A stretch of 64,000 bases of DNA. Origin: a bacterium (GTDB lineage: Bacteria; UBA8248). The stretch covers positions 1,024,001 to 1,088,000 of the forward strand of contig CBDBZY010000064.1 in assembly GCA_965213685.1 (NCBI GenBank), given 5' to 3'. Positions 25,485 through 36,896 of this stretch are shown piece by piece (within the stretch, counting starts at the first letter, position 1; every line of letters begins with the position of its first letter). Below the pieces are notes generated by a model. That model did not search any database. It saw only the letters and a program-made list of their open reading frames with translations, and was not told where the DNA came from. Made by a program: the position numbers and the translations under genes.

Positions 25485-26489
25485 GACTCGAATATCACTC
25501 AGAAACCAGTCCCATTTTATTATTGCGATGTTTACTTATGGCAGGATTTTACATGAGGCTAAAGGTGTTTTGCATGGAAAGGAGGATGCAGCGGTATTAT
25601 CAGTCCACATTTGCTTCACAGGGGAATTTTTTACGTGAGGTCAAAAGAACTTCATTTCTCGCGCAAGGTAACAGTACTACGGGTGTGATAAGTGAAAACT
25701 CTTTCTATCGTTTTAGTTGAGCGCTCTTTAAGTTTTTAAGGGCGTATTATCGAAGGTTGAGAGGAGAGACAACTCTTCATTATGGCTGAAGAGACTCCAG
25801 AGAAGCACTTGTCTGCTGAGATGGTCCCCTGCAGGCAGTACTCCCCAACAGCCATTTAAATGCCAAGCTGCCGCGGAAAAAATCCAATATTGGCTGTCTC
25901 CACGGTAGACCAGACACGGTAGACACGTGGACTTCCAAACAGTGCAATACTTGCATTTGGAGACAAAGGTGACCCATGGGAGCTGCCAGCATACAAAGCA
26001 AGTATTAAAGTTAATAAAATGTGTTGGGTAGCCCAGCCTAGTTAAGTTAGTCAGTGAGGCACAAGCCCTGAAGACTTTTATAAGAGTCAAAGGCCCTCTC
26101 AGTAAGGGTAAGGAGATACGCTATCATTGTCAGTCCCAAGTTACACTTATGCAATATGAGAGGTGGTTTACATGGGGTTAAAGGTCACTCATAACAGTCC
26201 CACTTCTGTATTGTGGTGTATATTTATGGCAGGATTTTCATGTGAGGTTAAAGGTCTCATGCATGGATGGGAGGATGCAGCAAAGTTTATGATATCAGCC
26301 CCTACTTGCTTCCATATCTAACAGGAAAGATTTTACATGACCTGTCAAAAGTCACACTTAAACTTGGCCCCCATGTCATGTAGCTTGATGTTTGTTTCAT
26401 GGAAAGGTATCATGCAAGGTCAAAGTTTACATGGGAAAGTTTTACGCAAGGTCAAAGTTCTTGTGTAAAATCTCCTCATGTACCATATA

Positions 26490-26762
26490 GTTTTTTTTTT
26501 TTTTACGGATGACAAAATACAATATTATGCAAGCAACCTTTATAAAAACAAAAATGAAATGTGAAACAAGCAGGAACAGTAAAGGCAAGTGATAAATAAA
26601 TAAATAATTAAATATAAAGTGAATGTTATTGTTCCATAAACTGACCCACCTAGTGAAGCAAAGCTTCCGAACATACCAGGTCGATCGGAGGGGAGTGAAT
26701 GGGTTTTCTCCCAGACGACCTAGAGCCTCTGATACACCGAATTGCTGAGCGTAATAATATAT
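26490..26762 (-). mobile_element. Short 5'-truncated RLE retroelement 3' end with poly(A)
   Basis: Minus strand encodes ILLRSAIRCIRGSRSS...PIDL then a stop, 3' UTR and poly(A) (T run near 26491-26504). Apparent TSD TATAGTT. Confidence 0.6.
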
Positions 26763-26989
26763 TATAGTTCACATGGGAGGGGTTTTACGCAAGGTCAAAG
26801 TTCTTGCGTAAAATCTCCCCATGTATAGTACTAACATGTTACACTGGGATTATTTTTACATGCTGCATAAAATGCCCCCATGATTAGATGATGGTGGAAG
26901 TCACGTAAAATCTTCCCATGATGAACCCATGGGGGATCTCACGTAAATCTCCTCATGATATGATCATGGCAATTTTTCTACTTTTACGC

Positions 26990-27523
26990 AAGTATCTATT
27001 TGACCGGGCGTATCCGTTTGTTAGAAAGACACTGGAATAGCGCCGCTTGGTGCTCAGAGGGGCTTGAAGAGCCTAACACAAGCGTCCGCTAGTTATTAAG
27101 AAAGCTTTTGCATGTACACGCACAATTATGGTGTCGGTGCCATCCCTACACGACCATCTAGTCTTCTCCTCTTATCGGATGTGTATGCCATCTTCAAGTG
27201 CTCTGTGTGCACGAATGCGTTCAAGAAAACATTTTACCTACTCTGAAGCAACAGTGAAGTAAGATACTGCTGAAACACAGCCCTCTCCGATAGTCTAGCT
27301 TTCGCTTGGGAAAAATTGCTAGGACTTCGCCCGTTTCCTGGCAGTAAGTCTAGGGATGCATCATGGTTACTTGGGGGGGTATCATTGGGTAGAGAAACGT
27401 CGGAATAGGATAGCTAGGTGTCCAGAAAGGCTTAGAACACGAGCGTTCACGAGTTAAGAGTGCTTTCCAATGTACGCACACTTTGGGCGGATCGGCGCCA
27501 TCCCTAGTCTACCAACTCTCTGA
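26990..27523 (+). mobile_element. Helentron-like family 2, 3' part
   Basis: Aligns by eye to 15550-16282 and ends GCCATCCCTAGTCTACCAACTCTCTGAT. Confidence 0.6.
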
Positions 27524-27758
27524 TAGGATGAAAATCAGCAAACTTCCCGAGGCCACTGTGTGCAAATGTAAGAGTAAGTAGTGTCTTGTCCATGCACCGT
27601 ACTAATACAGGTCATTGTAATCCTTCCCAACTGCATCTTTGTGACTGTTACAGTACAAATATACATACATATAGTGCAGTTATACAAGTAGTAAAAACCT
27701 TGAGTTTTACATATGTTGTCACATGGATATGTTACAAATATGGAAGTAAGACATAGTA

Positions 27759-30700
27759 TTACATGCTATGCTCAAATTCAAGTACTGGTTCCAAAATCCC
27801 TAGTAGGTCTGCATGACTCCACTGTTCCTCAGGATAGAGATGGTAGTAAAAGTCCAATTCCTTATATATCCACTTAAAAAGGTGGTACTTAAGCTCTGGA
27901 GATAATTGAGAGTAGTACTTTTTCAATAGCACTCTTGTTTCCTCCCAAGGATGGTGACTATTATGATCTGTGAAGAAGTTTATAGTTGTATTGAGTTTCT
28001 GCACCAGCAGTTTAACCTCTCTGGAATAATTCTTGAAGTTAGCATAAAAATGATATCGCACTGTGCATGGATGTGCATTGCTCATTGTAGTGGAGAAGTG
28101 TTCATTGAGAGTATCATCATCTGAATCAACAATCCACTGTACAAAATCAGAGAAAGTTAGTTGCAAGTTGTATGCTCCTCTGTTGTGCACCCACCTCATG
28201 AGGTCTAGAGGCCTATACTTTGTTAGAATCCAACGTCTGTGTGCCTCAAAAAACTCCATTTCTTGAGGACGTATATTTTCTTTCAGCAGAAATTCTTTTG
28301 TCACATGAGAACTGTTAAAATATAGTAGTGGCTCTATCTTGTCACGGTAACTGGATAACAATCGTTCTAGAGGATTACGAACCATCATAAACTTGTAGTA
28401 AGTTTTCAGCTTTTCTGCTTTCTCTCTCTCTGTGAGAGATAGGTTAATAAATGATGCCTTCCTTATGGCAGGAGCAAGATACACTTGTTCTGATATTGTA
28501 TCCATTTTAGCAGTCTCTTCTGGAATAAGTCCTTGCACAATAAATATCAGACGTCTAAGGTTAGTACAACCAGCCTGGAGTACAACAAACATTCCATGTG
28601 TCACTGAAACTCTATATACGCAATACTTGACTGACAGCGTCTACAATGTGTGTGCACAAGTGTCTCATTTGATCACACACTCATTTCAAACTGTTGTCAA
28701 AGTGACTACTCCAAAAGCCACATTAAATGTGCACACAGAACCTAGAAAATAGGGGACATAGTAGCTAGTGCTGTCTAATGACTGAGTATAACTTGGGAGA
28801 GGCCCAGTCTACAGTACGCATATGTAATTCAAATTAGAGCTAGTTACCAAAATCCTAAATCACTTAAGGGATTATGTAGTATGGCTTACCTTTGGCAGAA
28901 AACAGAAAATAGTTTTCCTCTTGTCATCAAATATAAGGTGCCTAAAGAGCTTTGTTCGAAGTCCCCTTGGTATTGTCCCTAGTTGAGGACTATCAGAAGT
29001 GTGCATGCCATATTTCTTACAGAACCTGTCGATTTGCGACATTTGCCACTACAAATGAAAGGAAATGATATGTGTAGGATATAAAGAAATAGTATATGTC
29101 TTAGCTGTATGTACATAATAAATTCGGAACACTTGAATAATCTACATTCTGTTATACCCCTCACAACTGTCTAACTCGATTCTCGATTCTCGTCTAAGGG
29201 GCGTGCCGTGCCGTGGGTGTGGTCTAATAATTAGTAAGTTATGCGCGCGCAGATATACGCAGCATTGAGTGGAGCTAACTGAAGACGGAATGACCGAGTC
29301 GAAGCTTGCAAGAGCCTCAACAAAGTTAGCTGCAGCCATCAGGCAGGTAATATCGAGATTTAGGATACCGTATGGCGCATATATTTCGCGGGTCTAAAAT
29401 TTATTTTGGATCTAACAACTTTCAACTCTCTATCTAAAACTTGACACGCTCGCTAGGCGCGGCTTGAGGACGCTCGCGTCTTTCGGTGGGCGGAGTCTCC
29501 AAAATTAATTTCGCGAACGCCTCCAAACTCGCGAAATTCGCAGACCCGCGAAATATAAGCGCTATACGGTAACAGATGGGGTAATCCCCTTCCCCGTCCA
29601 CGTCTGGGAAGCCCATGATGGTCAGTTGAGCAACTAGGAGGTCAGAGTCTAGCTCACCAACTTCCTACTAGTAACTAGGAGGTCTAGCTCACCAACTTTC
29701 TACTGCTTGCATATTCAATTCTTTCTTAACTTGATAAATCGTACTCACTTGGCCCTGTAGACGATTTTGTGACACTTGCACGAGCCAAGGAAATGGCTGA
29801 AAGATGGAAACAAGGAAAAGGACAAACCAAGAAATAATAGACATTGGTAAGATTGGTTTGCACTGAGTCCTCTTGTCTTGCTATGTTTACTAATAATAGA
29901 TTGCATAGATTATATAGATTGTGTGAAATGAGTTGCAGTAGAAAAGGCACCTCTCTGGTGCAAGCTCAAGGCATTGACTAGCTTTCTCCACAACTGTAGC
30001 ATAGGTGTCACACTCATCCACCATCAATTCAAAAATACTGCCAGTCTTTCTGAAACTTTTTTCTACTGCGACTCATTTCACACACTGCAATCTGTGTACA
30101 CCTACATTATTATACATAGCAGGACAGTGCAAACCAATCTTACCAACGTCTTTTGTTTCTTGGTTTGTCCTTTTCCTTGTTTCTGTCCTTTAGCCAGTTC
30201 GTTTGCTTGTGCAAGTGTCACATAATCCCAAACAGTGGTGAGTACAATTTAAGTTTGAATATGCAAGCAGTAGAAAGTTGGTGAGCTAGACCTAGTTACT
30301 CGACTGAGCTTACCATCCATCATGGGCTTCTGAGACATGGACAGAGAAGAGGATTGCCCCATCTGTTATCCAAAATCTCATTGGTGATGGCTGCAGCTAA
30401 CTTTGCTGAGGCTTTTGCAATCTTCAACTCAGTCATTCCGTCTTATATAGCTCCATTCATATATCTGCGCGCGCATAACTTGCTAATTATTAGACCACAC
30501 CCACAGCATGGCACGCCCCTTAGACGAGACTCGAGAATAGACTAAAGTCGAGAATCGAGCTAGACTAAAGTCGAGAATCGAGAATTCAGTTAGACTAAAA
30601 TCGAGAATCGAGAATTCAGTTAGACTATAATCGAGAATCGAGAATTCAGCTAGACTAAAATCGAGAATCGAAAATCGAGAATTCAGAATCGAGAATCGAG

Positions 30701-33624
30701 AATTGTCCCCCTTGGCCACCATAATCTCCTGTTTCCTCATGAAAAACGGGTATTCGCGATGCGATATAGGTAGTAGCCGGACCATTGTCCTATGAATGCG
30801 TCATGTTCCACACAAAAATATGGCGTCGAATGTCGTGCGTAACTTCGCCGCACCTCACGTGCGTGGAGCCACGCCTTTTCATCTAGACTGCAGATGAAGC
30901 GCCCCCCCTAATCTTCCTACGCCACTGTTAGCAATACAGCATATGTAACATAGTCAGGTGATGAAACTCATGGTGCTTTCATATGACCTTTGTTTCCATT
31001 AAAAATGGTTGTGATTTTGAAATCAGCTTGCATACACAATACTATGGTAGTGTTAAGTATGTCACTTTACTCTCATTGGATTACTTCTATGCTGGGTGTA
31101 CTCACCTTACCCCTTGCGGTGATATCTGCATTTTGGGATATTCTCACAAGTCTACTCATTTCATCTCTGGAAAAAAATGGACTTATTGTTGGATACTGTA
31201 CTGATCTGTTGTGGGGAGGCTGAGGGAAGAGTGATTCTGTGCCATCGCTGTAATGTACACTTGTATCTTCCATCATGTTCCATCTCAAGTTTCTATTCCA
31301 TAATGCAGAGTTGGACACAAATTCATCTATTGTTGGTGCTGTGTAGGGCACATGTACACCTGGCCAACCTGTGAAAAGATTTGGAATGAAAGCATCATAC
31401 TCCACATGAAGCTATAATCTGAAAAACAACTGTGGAAATATTGTATGTATGTATGTATGTATGTACCAGGCCCATAGGCTGACAACTGGGTGGGGGGGGG
31501 GGGGGGGGGGGTTTCTTTTCCCAAATGGTGGGCGTGTACACCAGGCCAAACTGGGGAGGATCAGCATCTGGGGCAAACACCTTAGAAAAGCTGGTCATGC
31601 TTACTTGCTGAAGTTAATTGTAGTGGTCTCTACATGACGTTCGACAAGAAGCAGCATGTAATTCAGTTTGTCTGCGACAACCCATACTTCTTGATGTCAT
31701 AACAAACACATGAATGTACATTTTTTCTATACATGTGAACGTTCATGTGCATATTATCCATGATGTACACAGCTGCAAAAGATGTTCTGCACATTTATGA
31801 CATGACTCTTTCCAGCTTATAGCATGTGTAACACTACACATACTCCCTGTTTTACGATCAATGCCCAGCTGGAGGGCAGTTCATCCTCACCCCCATGCAT
31901 CCCCCTAGCCTACGGGCCTGTGTACATGTTGTAGCACTAGAATCTACAGAAGTCAATGGTTCTCATAATTATGTTAGATTTGACCTATGGAATCTACAAA
32001 CTGTAGTAGTGTTTACACAGCTGCGATATTAACAAGCATGAAATATTTTCCAAGGATGTAGGGATGGCAAGGCCACAAACCACAGAAACTAGGTATAAGG
32101 ATGACAGTGCATGTTGGCAAACAGGTTTCAAATCACTACACAAGTAACCCCATCCCTTCATCTTTCTTTTACGCCTGAAATCATCATGCAAGTTATGCCA
32201 TAAGATTACTCAGTAACTGGGAGCATCAATGTGCAGTATAGAAAATGATGTAGGGATGGGGTTACTTGTGTAGTATTTTATAACCTGTCTTGCCTATACA
32301 CAGCCATCCCTGTCACCTAGTTTCTATGGTTTTGGCCCTGCCATTTCTACATCTGTCTACGCTTTTGGAGAATGTTCTTTGGGTACTTTATTCTTGCACA
32401 GAGTCCAACAATCAAATCAGTAATCAAAGCAGTCATTGATATTTTTCAGAGACAGAGATATGGGGAGTAGGGGGGCACTTGAGGACCACCACTCTTGAAG
32501 TTGGGGGCTAAGCCCCTCAAAAACTTCCTGAGCTACCTCACTGTCTGAATGACTAATTCATACCAGTTACATTCACATTTGTTGTACAATAGCTACTACA
32601 GTGAAGTAAGACACTGGTCAAACACACTCCTTTCAGACACAAATCAGCAACCATAACAGCCTTTGCTACATCTAGCAAGCAAGAAATTAATGGGCATGGC
32701 TTCATGAGGTCAGCCTTCACGTACTTATAATTTGTGTCAAACTGTGTTTGTGCGCATGGGACTCTGTTCACAGCTAATGAGGTGGGAAATCTAGCCATTG
32801 GATAGCTAGGAGTTCCATGAAAGTCTAGGGTTGTGTGGGGTTGTGTGGGTCAGTAATATGAGCTAAGCAGACATTTCTAACAGGCACAGTACCTACATGT
32901 ACAGGGTCAAAACGTGCATGGCTTTGAAACCATGTGTATGCTTACCAACACCTCAACCATCAACAAGTCAATCATTCCTTAGGACAGTAAAACCTTGTCC
33001 TGGACTCCTCTAGCTAACAAGATCCAGGGACTCAGTGGTGTGACTGACTGGTAATCTGGGTTCTAATCCTGGCTGTATCCCACTTTTTTGAGATTGACAT
33101 AACTTGATGCCTAAGGTACACATCCACCTTTATGGCAATAAACATCTCCTATTTACTATGGTGAAGAATACTACTAATTCTGTGGTGAAGAATGTCACTA
33201 ATGGCAATGAATATCACTGCACAGCAAACATGTATGGGGCCTAGAATATCAACGTTGTAAAGAACATCAGAAATGGTCAACATTAGGCAAGCTTCATCTT
33301 AACAAGGTGTCTGTAGCATCTTTCCTTTTTGCATAGTGGATCTTCAATACTGGCAGGTTAGCAAGGAGAAGCTGTGTTCAATCATATCAATACACATTTT
33401 TGTCCTTGCTAGTGCTCATGCAGCTCAGTGGAATATCAATCCTACTGAAATGGTAAGAATTACTATGTATATACAGGTAGTTACCCCATGCCAGGTATGT
33501 TAACAACACAAATTCAAAAGAACTTACGTTCAAAATATTGGCTTAGCTGCTGAGAGTAAATGGCAATGAGAAGTGTTACAGACACCACCAGGAGTAGTAG
33601 GCAGTGTCTTAGCTTGAGTTTCAT
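27759..33624 (-). CDS. Carbohydrate sulfotransferase B (paralog of A), spliced
   Basis: Exons: 33624-33528 (MKLKLRHCLLLLVVSVTLLIAIY anchor), a possible exon 32824 to about 32564, 31338-31106, 29048-28890 (..FRHLIFDDKRKTIFCFLPK) and 28574-27759 (AGCTNLRRL..RNPLERLLSSYRDK..NEHF). Phases are compatible. Confidence 0.88.
29170..30545. repeat. Foldback-like long inverted repeat within an intron of gene B
   Basis: Left arm about 29170-29945 (minus a nested MITE) is the diverged reverse complement of about 30055-30545. Matching translations MAAANF.EA.A.F.SVIPS appear on opposite strands. Confidence 0.85.
29368..29569. mobile_element. Tc1/mariner-pogo-type MITE with TA TSD
   Basis: TA|CCGTATGGCGCATATATTTCGCGGGTC ... 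GACCCGCGAAATATAAGCGCTATACGG|TA. Absent from the other foldback arm. Confidence 0.85.
30538..30705 (+). repeat. 30-bp minisatellite built from AATCGAG heptamers
   Basis: TAGACTAAAATCGAGAATCGAGAATTCAGT repeated about 4-5 times with variants. Confidence 0.9.
32031..32380. mobile_element. Helentron-like family 2, diverged 5' inverted-repeat module
   Basis: Same GTAGGGATGGC...CAAGTAACCCCATCCC inverted arms as 14951-15306, with a different spacer. Confidence 0.6.
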
Positions 33625-33660
33625 CTGAAAGGTTTGTTAGAAGTGTGTAGTGGATGTGAC

Positions 33661-33746
33661 TAGCCTCGTTCCCAGGCCTTTCCCGTTTTTGCTATTCGCG
33701 TGCACTAAACGCGCGCAAAAACGGGAAAGGCCAGGGAACGAGGCTA
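33661..33746. mobile_element. 86-bp TAGCCTCG...CGAGGCTA MITE (AcademH-type)
   Basis: Hairpin element with a perfect 9-bp TSD GGATGTGAC at 33652-33660 and 33747-33755. Confidence 0.85.
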
Positions 33747-34988
33747 GGATGTGACTGCATAAGGTGGGAACTGCAGGCATGTGTAGCTACATAACACAAC
33801 AAGCTCCTTACTGTAGTGTCTTGTTCGGAAAATCTCCTCCGAGTTGTAGGAAGCAAGTGAGAAACAAGGAAACTGGTACACAATACCTGTGTCAGTGGGA
33901 AATTTATGCATGATTTAATATGTAAACACAACATGTACTTCCCTCTCGTATCAAATCATGCCCGTACAGCATCGACACATCACACGTTCATAGCAGGTTG
34001 CTTTCACTCTCATAGAAGAACTCGAATCTATCCAAATGTTCGCCACCTCCTACACGCACTATCTCTGCAGCTTTGCCAGTACAGTCTTGTGGTAATTTGG
34101 ATTAGTGGTCGACATGCAGAACATTCATGGCGCCATGGCCCAGCTCGTAACACTACTCCGCACTATAAGAGTACTGGTACTGGCAACTGAAGTAGTGTAA
34201 CTAGGCCTACCTGTTACAACCTCTCAACTTGGGCCACACGATGAGTGCATGTAGCACATGTACTTCACACACGCTTCCTTGGTATGAAACAAGTGCACAA
34301 ACGAAGGCGGAACTTGCAGGTTTGTGGGTGTGCCCTAAACAAAAAACATCGCCCAAGTGATATAAGTCCTGTGAATACAAGAGTATGTAATATCGGGATC
34401 ACATGCGCATATGCATCGCGCACGGGGATCAGTACAGTGTATATGTAGTGTAGTACTATTTCTGCTGGTTTGGAGTTCCTTTTTTGGCCAGCTCCGGTCG
34501 CTTTTTTTACATAGCTAGTTACACTCCAGGGCCGTCGGAAGTTTTCTAAAAGTGGAGCGGCCTCGTGCAAAACGGGCAACGCCATGCAAGTTTGGCACAT
34601 GCTGACCTTTAAATTTTGAACTGACACTCCCCATTGTACCTTAGTGCTATGGCGGTATCTTTGTTGTTTAAGAATTAGCTTTTATCCACCATAAATATCT
34701 TTCTGTGCTGTCAGAACTGTGTTCAGGAAAGTTGTGGTGAAGGTGTTTAGTAAACTTCTACTTCTATGCTTGAAGTTGCAGCCATGCAGGGAATGATCCT
34801 GGTACAAAGAAAGGATGCTCTCAATTGGTAGTCTAATTAGCTGTTGACATTTCTCTCAACTGTGAAGATACCCCCTGCAAAACAGAATTCTTGTTATGGG
34901 CATTTCTCTTACTTCTGGCTACCTTGCTCTGCAAACAAAGCACTACTTGTGCTTTAGCTTCAACAGTAATTTACAGAGTGTATACGTA

Positions 34989-35400
34989 CACTGTAAAAAT
35001 TTCAATGTTAATTTAACCAAAGTTTATGGTTGTCTCAGTTGCACATTTGCTCTCTCAACCCTTGGCTCTGAACATATGTGAAGAGTATGTGAAGTGTGTA
35101 CACAAATATTTCTAAGTGACAGAGTAGTTGACAGTCCTTTAGTCCATTCAACAGTATAGCAGTGATCATGAATTATAGGCTTCTTACCCATCCCTTGTCA
35201 TCATCTCTTACACTGTAACAACATCCCTTACACTGCAGACACTCTGTGTATTGCATAGAGACATTTAGCCCTGAAAGTGAAGAAAGAACTCAGTGTGGGA
35301 GAAAGTAAACTCAGGAAGTAAATTCATTGTGGGAGAAGCACAAGTCAACTGAGATAAACACAGTATGGTTAAAATAACTAGCTATATCCCTTTTACTGTG
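34989..35400. mobile_element. CACTG-type MITE
   Basis: CACTGTAAAA..GGTTGTCTCAGTTG / CAACTGAGATAAAC..TTTTACTGTG, flanked by TA. Confidence 0.6.
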
Positions 35401-35870
35401 TACGAATGTCTACAGCTGAAAATGACTCCCACAGCCTATTTGACTAAACACAGTATGGTTAAAATAACTAGCTATATCCCTTTTACTGTGTATGAATGTC
35501 TACAGCTGAAAATGACTCCCACAGCCTATTTGACTAAACACAGCACTGCAAAAATAGAATTGTTGTTTTAACAAAGACCTTTGTCATGTGCGTTGCACAT
35601 CTGTATCCCTCTCCATACTTCCCTGCCACTTACTACACAATCACAACCTTTCCTTATCATATGGCCACAGCACACCCCAAAACAGCTGTCATGATAAAAA
35701 TATGTAGTATATAGGAGTAGAATTTACATGGCCCTACAACTTATGTGACAAAGGTCTTTGTTAAAACAACAATGTCATTTTTGCTGTGAGTATGGTTAAA
35801 ATAACTAGCTATATCCCTTTTACTGTGTATGAATGTCTACAGCTGAAAATGACTCCCACAGCCTATTTGA
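35355..35870 (+). repeat. Three 90-bp direct repeats, the third split by a CACTG MITE (35544-35788, TSD AG)
   Basis: Units start at 35355, 35445 and 35535. MITE TIR CACTGCAAAAAT..GTTGTTTTAACAAAGACCTTTGTCA. Confidence 0.9.
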
Positions 35871-36060
35871 CTACTGATTGAGATCTTTCCTTACATGTAC
35901 AGGTGATACAAAGACAGCTGCACTGATGGTCCATTAATCCAGTTGATTAATGGCCAGTGTTATGTAGTGTACTAAAATTAGTGATGATAGGGGATGAGGA
36001 ACATCTGCTACATGGACATATAAAGTGGTAAGTACAAGGATTGTCAGGATGAAAAGTGTT

Positions 36061-36450
36061 ATCAGAGAGTCGGTAGACTCTCTATGTAGGGATGGCACCG
36101 ACACGCCAATAGTGCACGTACATACGTAAGCGTTCTAAACTCGCGAACGCTCGCGTTCTAAGCCTTTCTGGGCACTTAGCTATCTTATTCCGACGTTTTT
36201 CTACTGAGCAATACCCCCTAAGTGGCTAAAACGCATCGCTAGACTTACTGCCAGAAAACGGCTAAACCTTAGATTTGTTCATCTTCTTCGTCTTCTCCCG
36301 TCCATGCATCAGAATGAAGCTGTTATCACATTCCAGCTCTAGATGAAAATGTACAACGTTAGACACTGTCCATTATTAGCTGGATAGTACTGGATAGCTG
36401 GATAGGATAGACTCTCCATGTAGGGATGGCGCCGACACGCCCATGGTACA
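36061..36450 (-). mobile_element. Helentron-like family 2, 3' part
   Basis: ATCAGAGAGTCGGTAGACTCTCTATGTAGGGATGGC at 36061 is the reverse complement of the family 3' end. A second end lies near 36410-36440. Confidence 0.6.
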
Positions 36451-36466
36451 TGTCTACATACTATAC

Positions 36467-36568
36467 TGTCACCCGATTTAGGTCCGGCGGACCAAAATCC
36501 CCGCGGAACAATACCAGAGATTTTGGTCCACCCGGACCGAAATCGCCCGGACCAAAATTCCGGTGACA
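36467..36568. mobile_element. 102-bp TGT...ACA MITE (Ginger-type)
   Basis: TIRs TGTCACCCGATTTAGGTCCGG / CCGGACCAAAATTCCGGTGACA, 4-bp TSD ATAC. Confidence 0.7.
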
Positions 36569-36896
36569 ATACCGGTCCTCCAAGATGTCGCTGGCATAAA
36601 ACGGCCAAACCGTCCATATTTCATCTTCTTAATGTATGATTCTTCCATACGTCGTAAAAATGTTTAACACAATGGCTGAAGTTAACACTGCCATAACTGC
36701 ACCTTGTTCCTTTGCTTTCTGATATTGGCATATCTACACACCATAATATCATCTTATTCACAAATGATTTATAGACTATATAGTATAAGCATGCACATAC
36801 AGCACTTGACCACCCTCCGCTATATAGTGTTTTATACAGACAGACACTGGATGTCATGACAGTGTGGTGTATATTACAGAGTAAACTGAAGTGACA

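Noticed and set aside
30538-30705. CRISPR-like regular repeats
   Set aside because: The units are contiguous with no unique spacers, there are no cas genes, and the context is eukaryotic.
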